Part shown: piece by piece, positions 38,472 to 46,757 of the stretch
How positions within the stretch are numbered: the stretch's first letter is position 1
Layout: each line of letters begins with the position of its first letter
Source: an uncultured Elusimicrobia bacterium
GTDB taxonomy: Bacteria; Elusimicrobiota; Elusimicrobia; UBA1565; UBA9628
Direction: 5' to 3'
NCBI GenBank assembly: GCA_964600165.1
Contig: CAZRIP010000005.1
Coordinates: 48-64,047 of the forward strand
Length of the DNA stretch: 64,000 bases
Made by a program: the position numbers and the translations under genes
The notes under the pieces: model-generated
What the model saw: only the letters and a program-made list of their open reading frames with translations
Told to the model about the DNA's origin: nothing
Databases searched by the model: none

Positions 38472-40016
38472 ATGAAGCGCCCGCTCGGCGTGCTACTTTT
38501 GGCGGCCTCGGCCTTGGCCGCCTGCGGCCCGCAGAGAGAGAAAGAGCCCAACCACGATTTCTCGCAGGCGACGCCGATCCACGCGGGCAAGGTCGTCGGG
38601 ACGATCTCCTCCCCGGATGAAGCCGATTTCTTCCGCCTCGACGTCGCGCAGCAGCAGACCCTCTCGGTCCACGTCGCGGGCATCCGGGACGTCGATTTCG
38701 TTCTGTCCGTTTATGACGGCAATCGGGTCGAGCTTCTGCGCGCCGACGAGACGGCCGCCGGCGGCGACGAGGAGCTGCTCGACGTCGGCGTCGCGCCGCC
38801 CGGGCCTTACTACATCGTCTTGCGCAACAAGAACCCCAACGCGAACAACCCGAAGCAAGAGTACGAGTTGGACGTCAAGCTCGAGCGGGCGACGAGCCGC
38901 GAGCGCAAGCCCGATTCCTCGGTACAAACCGCGAGTCCTTTGGAGCTTCCGGGCGTCACGCGCGGGCACTTCTGGCCTTCGCAGAATCTCTTGTCCGGAA
39001 GCACCGACTACCTCGCCGAGGATTGGTTCCGCATCGAGGTTTCGACGGGCATCTTCCTCTTGAACATCGACCTGTCCGAGGTCCCGAAGGTCGACTCCGT
39101 GATGGAGGTCTTCGACACCAACGGCTACAAGCTCAAGCAGGTCGACTCCGGCGGCGTCGGCGAGGGGGAGAGCCTCAAGAGCTTCGGCGTGCGCGGTCCC
39201 GCCCTCTACTATCTTCGGCTCTTCGCGAAGAACCGGGCCGGAAATCCCGACGCGCCTTTCGAGCTGTTGACCGAGCTGATCCCGTATCAAGGCCGCACCG
39301 AGTTCGAGCCCAACGACCAGCGCCAAGACGCGACGCCCTTCGAGGGCGATACGATCACCGGCGCGATCGCGCCCGAGGGCGACGCCGATTGGTACAAGGT
39401 CTCCGTGCGCGACCCTCAGCGCCAGCTCTTGCGCGCCTCGGTCACGGGCGTCGAGGGGCTCGATCTGACGTTGACCCTCGCGGACTCGTTCGGCAATCCA
39501 CTCGTGACCGTCGACAACATGGGCGCGGGCCAGCCGGAAGTCTTGACCGGCTACGGCGTGACGGCGGGGGACTACTATCTCGTCGTGCAGGAAAAGTCCG
39601 GGCGCAAGGCCAACCCGCGCGAGCCTTACACGCTGGCCAAGAGCCTGACGCCTTGGCAGCCGGGCCTCGAATGGGAGCCCAACGAGTCGACGGCGACGGC
39701 GCAGGCCCTCAAGGTCGGCGAGTCGGCGGACGGCTACGTGGCGCCCAGCGGCGACGTCGACTATTATCAGTTCAACGTCTATCAAAAGGGCTCTGTCTCC
39801 TTCGAGCTCGCGGGCGTGCTCAACGTCCAGTTCGTCGTCGACCTCTACGATCAGGACGGAAAGCCCGTCCAGGAGTGGACGGCGCCCAAGGCCGGGGAGT
39901 CCATGGCCTTCGATAAGGATTTGGACGCGGGCACTTACTACCTGAAGCTTTCCGGCAAGGAGCCGTCCCAGAACAATGTCCGCGACAAATACAGCCTGCG
40001 GCTCAAGGTCCGTTAA
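38472..40016 (+). CDS. lipoprotein with four tandem pre-peptidase C-terminal (PPC)-like domains
   Basis: Lipobox LAACG. The EPN(D/E)...A....G...(D/E)(A/V)D(W/Y/F)(Y/F) pattern is repeated four times, about 120 aa apart. Confidence 0.7.
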   Translation: MKRPLGVLLLAASALAACGPQREKEPNHDFSQATPIHAGKVVGTISSPDEADFFRLDVAQQQTLSVHVAGIRDVDFVLSVYDGNRVELLRADETAAGGDEELLDVGVAPPGPYYIVLRNKNPNANNPKQEYELDVKLERATSRERKPDSSVQTASPLELPGVTRGHFWPSQNLLSGSTDYLAEDWFRIEVSTGIFLLNIDLSEVPKVDSVMEVFDTNGYKLKQVDSGGVGEGESLKSFGVRGPALYYLRLFAKNRAGNPDAPFELLTELIPYQGRTEFEPNDQRQDATPFEGDTITGAIAPEGDADWYKVSVRDPQRQLLRASVTGVEGLDLTLTLADSFGNPLVTVDNMGAGQPEVLTGYGVTAGDYYLVVQEKSGRKANPREPYTLAKSLTPWQPGLEWEPNESTATAQALKVGESADGYVAPSGDVDYYQFNVYQKGSVSFELAGVLNVQFVVDLYDQDGKPVQEWTAPKAGESMAFDKDLDAGTYYLKLSGKEPSQNNVRDKYSLRLKVR

Positions 40017-40473
40017 GAGGCTGTTGGCGGTCGGCGCCGCGGCGCTGTTTTGCGGCTGCGCGGCCAAGCCGCTCGTCGACTTGCCCGCCCCGCAGCCGCG
40101 GGCCGTGCCGTTCGTCGTGCCGCCGGCGGCCAACGCCGAGGTCGTGGTGACCGAGGCCGTCGCCGGGCCCGAGGAAGACACGGCGAGCTTCACCAGGATA
40201 TTCATCGACGGCAAGCCGGCCGAGCAGACGCCGGTCGCGCCGCGCTCGCAGCCCCACCGTTGGGCCGACCGCATCCCCGCGGGCAACCATCTCTTCAGAT
40301 TCGAGCAATGGTATCTCCCGCAGGCCGGCGAGTGGGGCGTCCTCGACGCCCAGTGGCAGCCGACGGAGCGCTTCGTCCGCGTGTCGGACGGCGAGCGCAC
40401 GACGATCGGCCTGAAGTTCTCCGACGGCGGACGCCGCTTCGAGCTCGCCGTCTCGCGCCGGTCGCTCCCTTAG
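39976..40473 (+). CDS. hypothetical lipoprotein
   Basis: Signal peptide plus lipobox LFCGCA. The ATG at 39976 overlaps the upstream gene by 41 nt. Coding-like composition. Confidence 0.5.
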   Translation: MSATNTACGSRSVKRLLAVGAAALFCGCAAKPLVDLPAPQPRAVPFVVPPAANAEVVVTEAVAGPEEDTASFTRIFIDGKPAEQTPVAPRSQPHRWADRIPAGNHLFRFEQWYLPQAGEWGVLDAQWQPTERFVRVSDGERTTIGLKFSDGGRRFELAVSRRSLP

Positions 40474-40490
40474 CGGTCGAGAAAATCGGG

Positions 40491-40520
40491 ATGACTGGAG
40501 CCTGGGCTAAGTCTTATAAT
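40491..40520 (+). promoter_or_regulatory. sigma70-like promoter (ATGACT, 18-bp spacer, TATAAT) 10 nt upstream of the mini-ORF
   Basis: TATAAT at 40515-40520, read directly from the sequence. Confidence 0.35.
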
Positions 40521-40530
40521 CGCGGCTGCC

Positions 40531-40668
40531 ATGTCCGATGCGACGCCGGCGCCGCGGTTGCTGATCATCGATGACGACGACTCCTTGCGCGAGCTCTTCG
40601 CGAAGCCGATCCATTACGCCGACCTCGCCGACTCGATCCGCAAGCTCCTCGCGGGGCGCGCCACGTGA
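40531..40668 (+). pseudogene. 45-codon internally deleted copy of a receiver domain (N-terminal 23 aa plus C-terminal 20 aa only), ending in a GTGA overlap with the intact receiver gene
   Basis: The translation is MSDATPAPRLLIIDDDDSLRELFAKPIHYADLADSIRKLLAGRAT. The downstream gene reads LLVVDDDESLRELF ... KKPINYAALAAFIRGRLK. The phospho-acceptor region is missing. Confidence 0.45.
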
Positions 40669-41048
40669 CCGAGCTCGGTCGGGCCAAGAGACGGCTGCTC
40701 GTCGTCGACGACGACGAATCGCTGCGCGAGCTTTTCCGTTTCTCGATGGAGAAGGAAGGCTTCGCCGTGGGCGAGGCCTGCGACGGGCTCGAAGGGCTGC
40801 AGAAGACCCCTGAGTTCGAGCCCGACTTGATCGTGGTCGATCTCATGATGCCCAACCTCGGCGGCTTCGAGATGGTGCGCAACCTGCAGGCTCTCGGCTT
40901 CGGCAAGATCCCGGTCGTCGTCATCACCGCCTACTCCGACGAGTCGAGCGAGCAGATGATCCGCCAGGAGCGCAACGTCGTCGACTTCGTCAAGAAGCCG
41001 ATCAACTACGCCGCCTTGGCGGCTTTCATCCGCGGCCGGCTCAAGTAA
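40665..41048 (+). CDS. single-domain response regulator (CheY-like receiver)
   Basis: Acidic pocket VVDDDE, phospho-acceptor LIVVDLMMP, conserved Thr/Ser and Lys (VKKP). Confidence 0.8.
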   Translation: MTELGRAKRRLLVVDDDESLRELFRFSMEKEGFAVGEACDGLEGLQKTPEFEPDLIVVDLMMPNLGGFEMVRNLQALGFGKIPVVVITAYSDESSEQMIRQERNVVDFVKKPINYAALAAFIRGRLK

Positions 41049-41635
41049 GCGGGGTCCTTGACGCGCTCGCGCAGCCGGCGCGCGGCCTTTTTCCGGGAGA
41101 GCCGATCGGACGGGTTGTCGCCGAGCAGCGTCTCCCGCACCGGGCGCTCGGGCATGACGCTCAAGGTCAGCGCCTCGCTGAGGGTCAGTTGGTCGGCGTG
41201 CTTGTCGAAATAAACGAAGCTCGCCGCCTCGGCGCCCGAGATCTCCGCGCCGTAAGGCGCGAGGTTGAGGTAAGCTTCCAAAAGCTCGCTCTCGCCGGCG
41301 CTCGCGCGCAGCCAAAGGCGCTCGAGCCCGCAGGGCCACCCTTCTCCGCATAGGATGGCGCTCAGGCGCCGGGCGAGGATCTTCTTGCGGCCGTCGGCCG
41401 GCCCGAGCTCGGCGCGCGCGGCGTCGAGCAGGAGCGGCGACATCGCCGAAAGCGGCCGCCATACGCGGTAGCGTCCGTCGGCGGCCGGCGCCATGGAGAG
41501 ACGGCCTTGCCCGTCGCGCGTCTCCACGGATTGCGGGATCTTCTCGCGCAAAGCGCTCGGGTCGAAGGAGAACGCCGCCATGGCCGAGCCCGCCAGGATC
41601 AGAAGCCCCGTTCCCGCGAGCAGCGCCGGTCTCAT
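41006..41635 (-). CDS. secreted protein resembling the C-terminal half of a GT51 transglycosylase domain (PBP1C/MtgA-like), apparently lacking the catalytic EDxxF motif
   Basis: Signal peptide followed by LLEAYLNLAPYGAEISGAEAASFVYFDK...LTLSEALTLSVMPERP, which matches GT51 motifs IV-V. No motif I-II is recognisable. Confidence 0.5.
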   Translation of the reverse strand: MRPALLAGTGLLILAGSAMAAFSFDPSALREKIPQSVETRDGQGRLSMAPAADGRYRVWRPLSAMSPLLLDAARAELGPADGRKKILARRLSAILCGEGWPCGLERLWLRASAGESELLEAYLNLAPYGAEISGAEAASFVYFDKHADQLTLSEALTLSVMPERPVRETLLGDNPSDRLSRKKAARRLRERVKDPAYLSRPRMKAAKAA

Positions 41636-41677
41636 GGCCTAGATACCGCTATGGCGGCTTGAAACTTACGCCCGCGC

Positions 41678-43261
41678 TTATAAATTCGTTTTCTTTTTCG
41701 CCTGGGGTCGGCGGACGTGACGCTCGCCGCGTCGCGCCGCGTCGCGCGCGTTTTTTTCGCGCAGCGCGATGTCCGAGAGCGCGAGCCAATGAGCGGGGTC
41801 CTTCGGCTCGAGGGCGATCGCCGAAAGCGCGGCTTGGCGCGCGCGCGTAAAGTCGCCGCGCATCTTGGCGGCGACGGCGAGGCGCTCGAGGTTTGAAACG
41901 TCGCCGGGCCGCAGGGCGCGGGCGCGCTCGTGGCAGGCGAGCGCGCGCGTCCAATCGCCGAGCTTGCCGTAGGCCAAGCCCTCGCGATAGGCGAGCCCGG
42001 GATAATCCGGGGCGTCGCCGTCGAGCCGCAGCAGCCGCGCGAGCGCTTCGGCGGGCCGTCCTTGCGCCAGCAAGGCGTCGCCGGCCAAGAGCTGGGCGGC
42101 GGGCCAGCTCGGCGACGTGTTCAAGACCTCGTCGAGTCGGCTCACTGCGTCGCTCTCGGAGCCGGCCAACGCCAGCAAGCGCCGCGCGCCGGCGACCTTG
42201 AAATCGTCGGCGAGCCAGCGCGCGGGAAAGACGGCGAGAAGCGCCAGGCAGGCCGCGAAGGCCGCCGCGAGCGCGCGGCGCGGGATTCTTTCGAAAGGCA
42301 AGGCGGCCGTCGCGAAAGGCTCGCCCGAGGAGGCGAGCGCGCAGAGCCCGCAGGCGGCTCCCGCGCAGAGCCAGGCCGCGGCCGCGAGCGCCGGGAGCGA
42401 CGTCCACGCGACGGCGGCCAAGGCGAGCGCCGCGCCGAGGAGCGCCGCGAGGACGCCGCGCTCCTCCGGCGCGCCGAGCCGGCCGAACGCTCTGAAAGCG
42501 CGCGCGGCCTCGACGAGCACGGCCGCCGCGAGCAAAATCGTGAGCGCCGCGCCGACGGGCTCGAAGCGCTCGATGGAGGGGAGAGGCGAGACGCGGCCGC
42601 CCGCGACGAGCGCCGCGAGGGCCAGGCCCGCCGCCGACGCGGCCGCGGCCTTGAGCAGCCGCTTGGCCTCGCCGCCGCCGCCGAGGGCGAACGCGGAGGT
42701 GAGAAACAGCGCGGGGCCCGCGGCGCGATCGAGCGCGGAGGGCAGCGCGAAGGCGGGCCCGACGGCGCCGACGCACGCCTCCCAGGCGATGAGCGCGCCG
42801 GCGATCCAGATCGCCGGAAGAAGACGCCGCGGCGCGCTCAGGCGGCCGGACAGCAGGCCGTGAAGAAGAAGGGCGCCGATTCCGGCGAGCGTTCCAAGGC
42901 GCAGCGCGGCGCCGAGGCCGGCATCCGGGTCCCAGGCGCCGACGAGCGAGGCGAAAGGAAGGCAGAGCGCGAGGGCGACGAGCGCGGCCGATGAGAATGA
43001 GAGCGCCGACGGCGGCTCGGGCTCAGGAGCGGCTTCGGGGGCGTCCGGCGCCGGCTGCGCCTTGAGCAGCGCCTGCCGCAGCTTCTCTTTGAGCTCGGGG
43101 GGCATCGGCGCGGGCCCGGCCTTCGCCGGGCGCAGCGCGCGCGCGAGGCGCGCGCATTCGGCGCAGCCTTTCAAATGCTCCGCGACGGCGCGGCTTCGCG
43201 CCTCCGGCAGCCGGTCCTCGAGGTGAAGATCGAGCAAGGCGCGTGTGCTTGCGCAGTTCAT
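41678..43261 (-). CDS. anti-sigma factor: N-terminal zf-HC2 zinc finger, multi-pass membrane region, C-terminal TPR repeats
   Basis: H-x3-C-x2-C motif HLKGCAECA, several hydrophobic helices and C-terminal TPR-like repeats. ATGA overlap with the ECF sigma gene. Confidence 0.7.
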   Translation of the reverse strand: MNCASTRALLDLHLEDRLPEARSRAVAEHLKGCAECARLARALRPAKAGPAPMPPELKEKLRQALLKAQPAPDAPEAAPEPEPPSALSFSSAALVALALCLPFASLVGAWDPDAGLGAALRLGTLAGIGALLLHGLLSGRLSAPRRLLPAIWIAGALIAWEACVGAVGPAFALPSALDRAAGPALFLTSAFALGGGGEAKRLLKAAAASAAGLALAALVAGGRVSPLPSIERFEPVGAALTILLAAAVLVEAARAFRAFGRLGAPEERGVLAALLGAALALAAVAWTSLPALAAAAWLCAGAACGLCALASSGEPFATAALPFERIPRRALAAAFAACLALLAVFPARWLADDFKVAGARRLLALAGSESDAVSRLDEVLNTSPSWPAAQLLAGDALLAQGRPAEALARLLRLDGDAPDYPGLAYREGLAYGKLGDWTRALACHERARALRPGDVSNLERLAVAAKMRGDFTRARQAALSAIALEPKDPAHWLALSDIALREKNARDAARRGERHVRRPQAKKKTNL

Positions 43262-43830
43262 CGCACTCCCTCCCGCGACAAGATCCCGCGTAATTGCGCG
43301 CGCGCGCGGTGCAGCCTCACGTCGAAAGCGGCCAGCGAGCAGCCGAGCGTCCGCGCGCAGTCCTCGCGCGCCATCCCCTCCAGGTCGGCCAGGACGACGG
43401 CCATGCGCAGCGTGGGGGAAAGCCCGGCGACGGCCTTGCGCACGGACTCGCTGTCGGCTTGCGCTTGAGCGAGGCGCTCGGGCCCCGGCTCGTCGTCTCG
43501 CAGCACGTCTTCCAAGGAGGCCGAGTCCTCGTCGTCGCCGCGCGGCGCGGAGAGAGAGACGGAGCGGCGCCGAGACTCGACGCCGAGGCTGCTCAAATAG
43601 ACGTTGCGGATGATCTGATTGAGCCAGCCCTCGAACGGCAGCGAGGCGTCATAGGAACCCATGTACTTGATCGCGCGCAAGAAGGCCTCCTGGACGACGT
43701 CGCCCGCGTCGGCCGCGTTGCCGGTCATGCGCAGCGCCACCGCGTAGGCGCGGTCGGCGTTCTGCTCGATGAGTCGGTTGATCTGGTCGGTGCGGGCGTC
43801 CACGGAGGCCGGCGCGCTCTCCTTAGCCAT
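43258..43830 (-). CDS. ECF-type RNA polymerase sigma-70 factor
   Basis: Region 2 reads YAVALRMTGNAADAGDVVQEAFLRAIKYM...FEGWLNQIIRN. Region 4 reads VVLADLEGMAREDCARTLGCSLAAFDVRLHRAR. Confidence 0.85.
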   Translation of the reverse strand: MAKESAPASVDARTDQINRLIEQNADRAYAVALRMTGNAADAGDVVQEAFLRAIKYMGSYDASLPFEGWLNQIIRNVYLSSLGVESRRRSVSLSAPRGDDEDSASLEDVLRDDEPGPERLAQAQADSESVRKAVAGLSPTLRMAVVLADLEGMAREDCARTLGCSLAAFDVRLHRARAQLRGILSREGVR

Positions 43831-43996
43831 GATACCGCGCGCTCCCGGCGAAACTTACAGGCAAGCGGGACAGATCATACCAAACCGGCGATCCCCGAGG
43901 CCGGCTGGGGGGCTGTCGTTAGGTCCTTTGACTGGGCGGCGCTGGGCCCAAGGACACGGCCGGGCGGGGCTCCTTCCCCTTATAATAGCAGCGTCG

Positions 43997-45514
43997 ATGA
44001 AAAGCGTCGGGCGCGCGTCGTCGGCTGTCCTGCTCGCGGCGAGCTTGGTCCTGCCGCCGTCGGCCGTTTTTGGGGTCGAGATCGACGGCCCCTCCGACCT
44101 TCCCTCGGCCGTCTCGCCGGTCGTTCCCGCGCTGACTCCGGCGTCGGCGGCGCTGACGTCGGTCGAGGCCGTCCTCCCGGGCCAAGAGAGCGCTCCGCTT
44201 CCGGCGCTCGAGACGGCCTTGGCCGAGAAAGCCGCGACGGCGGCCGCGGCGCCGGCCGCCTCCGTTTCGGCGGCGGGCCGCGCGCAAATCCTTCAGGCGC
44301 TTTCTCCCCAGAACGCGGAGCAGGTCTCCGACTCCCAGGCCAAGGATCTGTCGGCCGAGCTTATCGAGGGAAAAGCCGCGGCGCCGGACTCCGCGGTCGA
44401 GCCCGTCGCCGCCGGCCCGGCGCTCTTTCCGGGCCCGGTCTTCGCGAAGCCCTCCGAGGCGCGCGACTTCGCGCGGCGCGCGGAGCCCGCGCGTCCGGCC
44501 GTCGTTCGCGCCGCGGCGCGCCTGCGCGACGCCGTCCTCGACCGCGCCGCTTACGCGCGGTTGTGGGTGGATCATCTCCATTTCTACGTCGTGCGCAACA
44601 TCGTCAACAAGTGGGGCGCTTATCAGCGCGACCGCGGCGAGGCGCTGGCCAAGGGCGTCACGCCCGCCGTCACGAGCCCGCGCGCCTTTTTCGGCCATAT
44701 GCGCGTGATGGGGCAGACGGGCTACTACTACCCGCTGGGGTTCACGCCGCGCGACAACGAGGGCGTGATGAAGGAGGCCCGCGCGAGCTTCAGAAAATAT
44801 TTCGACGGTCCGGGCGTGGGGCAGAAGGAGTACGACGCCTTCGAGCGCTTCATGAAGCGCGCTCTCACGTACAACGCGGAGAAGCGCGCGAAGTCCAACT
44901 TCAACAAGCGCCTGCGCGACAAGATGCTCGAGGCGTCCCTGTTGCCGGCCGGTCAGATCGCGGATTTCTTCGACGCGCGCGTCAAAGACGACGGCTACAT
45001 CAAGGACTTCCAGAAAAACGGCGGGGCCGATCAAGTCCTCGAGCAGTTCCGCGGCATCGCCCTCGACCTGCTCCTTAAGGAGCCCGAGAAGGCCGACGGC
45101 AAGGTGCTCGGCGTCCTCTTGATCGGCAGCTTCGCCAACGGCGGCGCGACGCCCGGCAGCGATTTCGACGTGAGCATCATCACCCAAGACGGCTCTCACG
45201 CGCGCGCGAAGGGCTTCATGGACGAGTTCATCGCGCGGTGGGGCAAGGATCGGCAGAAGCAGCACACGGTCACCTTCCACGAGTCGCCGCTGCGGCCTTC
45301 GCGCTGGCTCGTCGACGCGATCCACGATTGCCCGTATCTCATTATCTCGCCGGACAAGGCGCTCGTCGAGGTCCTCCAGCGCAAGCCCGGCGAGGCGCCC
45401 GCTTTCGTCACGGGCAAAGAGTTGACCGCGCGCGGCCGCGTCGACCGCGTCCTGCAGTACTTGGCCGTGGAGACGACGATGCTCTTCACGCGTCCCGCGC
45501 CTCCCCGCAAATAG
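43997..45514 (+). CDS. secreted protein with an Ala/Pro-rich linker and a C-terminal minimal nucleotidyltransferase (Pol-beta-like NTase) domain
   Basis: Start assigned at MKSVGRASSAVLLAASLVLPPSAVFG (signal peptide). The NTase signature is GVLLIGSFANGGATPGSDFDVSII (GS...DxD). Confidence 0.6.
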   Translation: MKSVGRASSAVLLAASLVLPPSAVFGVEIDGPSDLPSAVSPVVPALTPASAALTSVEAVLPGQESAPLPALETALAEKAATAAAAPAASVSAAGRAQILQALSPQNAEQVSDSQAKDLSAELIEGKAAAPDSAVEPVAAGPALFPGPVFAKPSEARDFARRAEPARPAVVRAAARLRDAVLDRAAYARLWVDHLHFYVVRNIVNKWGAYQRDRGEALAKGVTPAVTSPRAFFGHMRVMGQTGYYYPLGFTPRDNEGVMKEARASFRKYFDGPGVGQKEYDAFERFMKRALTYNAEKRAKSNFNKRLRDKMLEASLLPAGQIADFFDARVKDDGYIKDFQKNGGADQVLEQFRGIALDLLLKEPEKADGKVLGVLLIGSFANGGATPGSDFDVSIITQDGSHARAKGFMDEFIARWGKDRQKQHTVTFHESPLRPSRWLVDAIHDCPYLIISPDKALVEVLQRKPGEAPAFVTGKELTARGRVDRVLQYLAVETTMLFTRPAPPRK

Positions 45515-45563
45515 GGAAGCCCCCCGGCGCCGTCGGGGGGCTTCCGGACTTCTACGCTTTGGG

Positions 45564-46661
45564 CTACTGCTGCTTCGGCTGATTCTCGGGTCCGGGCAGT
45601 TGAGCCTTGAGCACGGGCGCCGCCGGCGCGGCCGGATGCTCGGCCAGGAGCTTCTCGGCGGCGCTTTCGTCGAACGTCTTCGCCATGACCGCCTTCTTGA
45701 CGGCCTCGGCGGCGATGCGCCGCGTCTCCTCGTCGCCCTTTTCAAAAGCGCGCTCGAAGATCGCCGCGCCGCGCTTGGCGAGGCCGGGACGGGCGCGGAG
45801 GATCTTGACGCCGCGGGTTAAAGCCGAGCCCTCGGCGGTCTCGATGTGCTTGTTGAGGAGAGCCGAGCTGATCCAGGGAAGCTTGACCGAATCTTCGATC
45901 AAGCCCGTTTGCTCGAGGCGCTCGAGAGCCGGGCCCATGAGAGCCGGGTCGCGGTAATCCTCGAGCGCGATCACGCAGGAGACGACGGTGGCGGGATCGC
46001 CCGTCGAGCGCATGAGCGCCAAGATCGGCTCGATCGCCTTCTTGCCGCCGGTGCGCCGCAGCGCGGCGACATAGATGGACGGCTCGATCTTGCCCGCGCC
46101 CGACGCCTGGAGCTTGAGGAAGACCGCCTTGCCGCCCACGCCTTCCGGCCGGCCGAGCTCGGAGGCGGCGGCGTCGCGCAGGTCCGACGGCCCCTCGTCG
46201 AGCGCCTTGAGCGCGAGCTCGCGGGCCGCGGGGCTCTTCGTGCGGCCGATCAGCAGTCTGCTCGCGCGGATCTTGAGCTGCCAGGTTTCCTTGGGCTCGC
46301 CGGTCGACTCATGGACGAGCGGCGCGATCGCCTCGCCCAGCGCGTCCGCGTTCTCCTTGCCGAGCGGGCTCTTGCCGTACTCCGGCCCGTCGAGCACGTC
46401 CATGAGCCCGCCGAGCGCGACGAGGCGGCTTTGCTCCTCGCCGTCCTTGACGCTCGGCAGGAAGGTTCCGACGACCTCGTCGGCCGAGACGGGCTGGGTC
46501 TCGGCCTGCGTCGCGGCTTGGCTCTGGGCTTCCTGCGCGGAGGGCGTTTGCTCGGGCCGCGGCGGGGACTTCTGCGGCGGCGCGTCGAGCATCATTTGGC
46601 CGATGCACGCGGCGGCGAGGACGACGAAGGTGCTGCCGACGATCACTTTGGCGCGTTTCAT
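45564..46661 (-). CDS. exported HEAT/PBS-lyase-like repeat protein
   Basis: Start assigned at MKRAKVIVGSTFVVLAAAC. Repeated helical units carry D/E-x-R-x-x-A-A signatures. Confidence 0.5.
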   Translation of the reverse strand: MKRAKVIVGSTFVVLAAACIGQMMLDAPPQKSPPRPEQTPSAQEAQSQAATQAETQPVSADEVVGTFLPSVKDGEEQSRLVALGGLMDVLDGPEYGKSPLGKENADALGEAIAPLVHESTGEPKETWQLKIRASRLLIGRTKSPAARELALKALDEGPSDLRDAAASELGRPEGVGGKAVFLKLQASGAGKIEPSIYVAALRRTGGKKAIEPILALMRSTGDPATVVSCVIALEDYRDPALMGPALERLEQTGLIEDSVKLPWISSALLNKHIETAEGSALTRGVKILRARPGLAKRGAAIFERAFEKGDEETRRIAAEAVKKAVMAKTFDESAAEKLLAEHPAAPAAPVLKAQLPGPENQPKQQ

Positions 46662-46757
46662 AAATCTTGTTCTCCGTGGCGGGGGCGGGCCTCTCGAGGG
46701 GCCCGGCGCCTGAGTCGGAATACCTAGGTGGGAGTGAAAACTTACAAACGATTCAAC

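Noticed and set aside
43769-43996. 5' extension of the nucleotidyltransferase ORF starting at 43769.
   Set aside because: The extension overlaps the ECF sigma gene on the opposite strand and lacks a signal peptide. The ATG at 43997 gives a canonical signal peptide directly after a TATAAT box.
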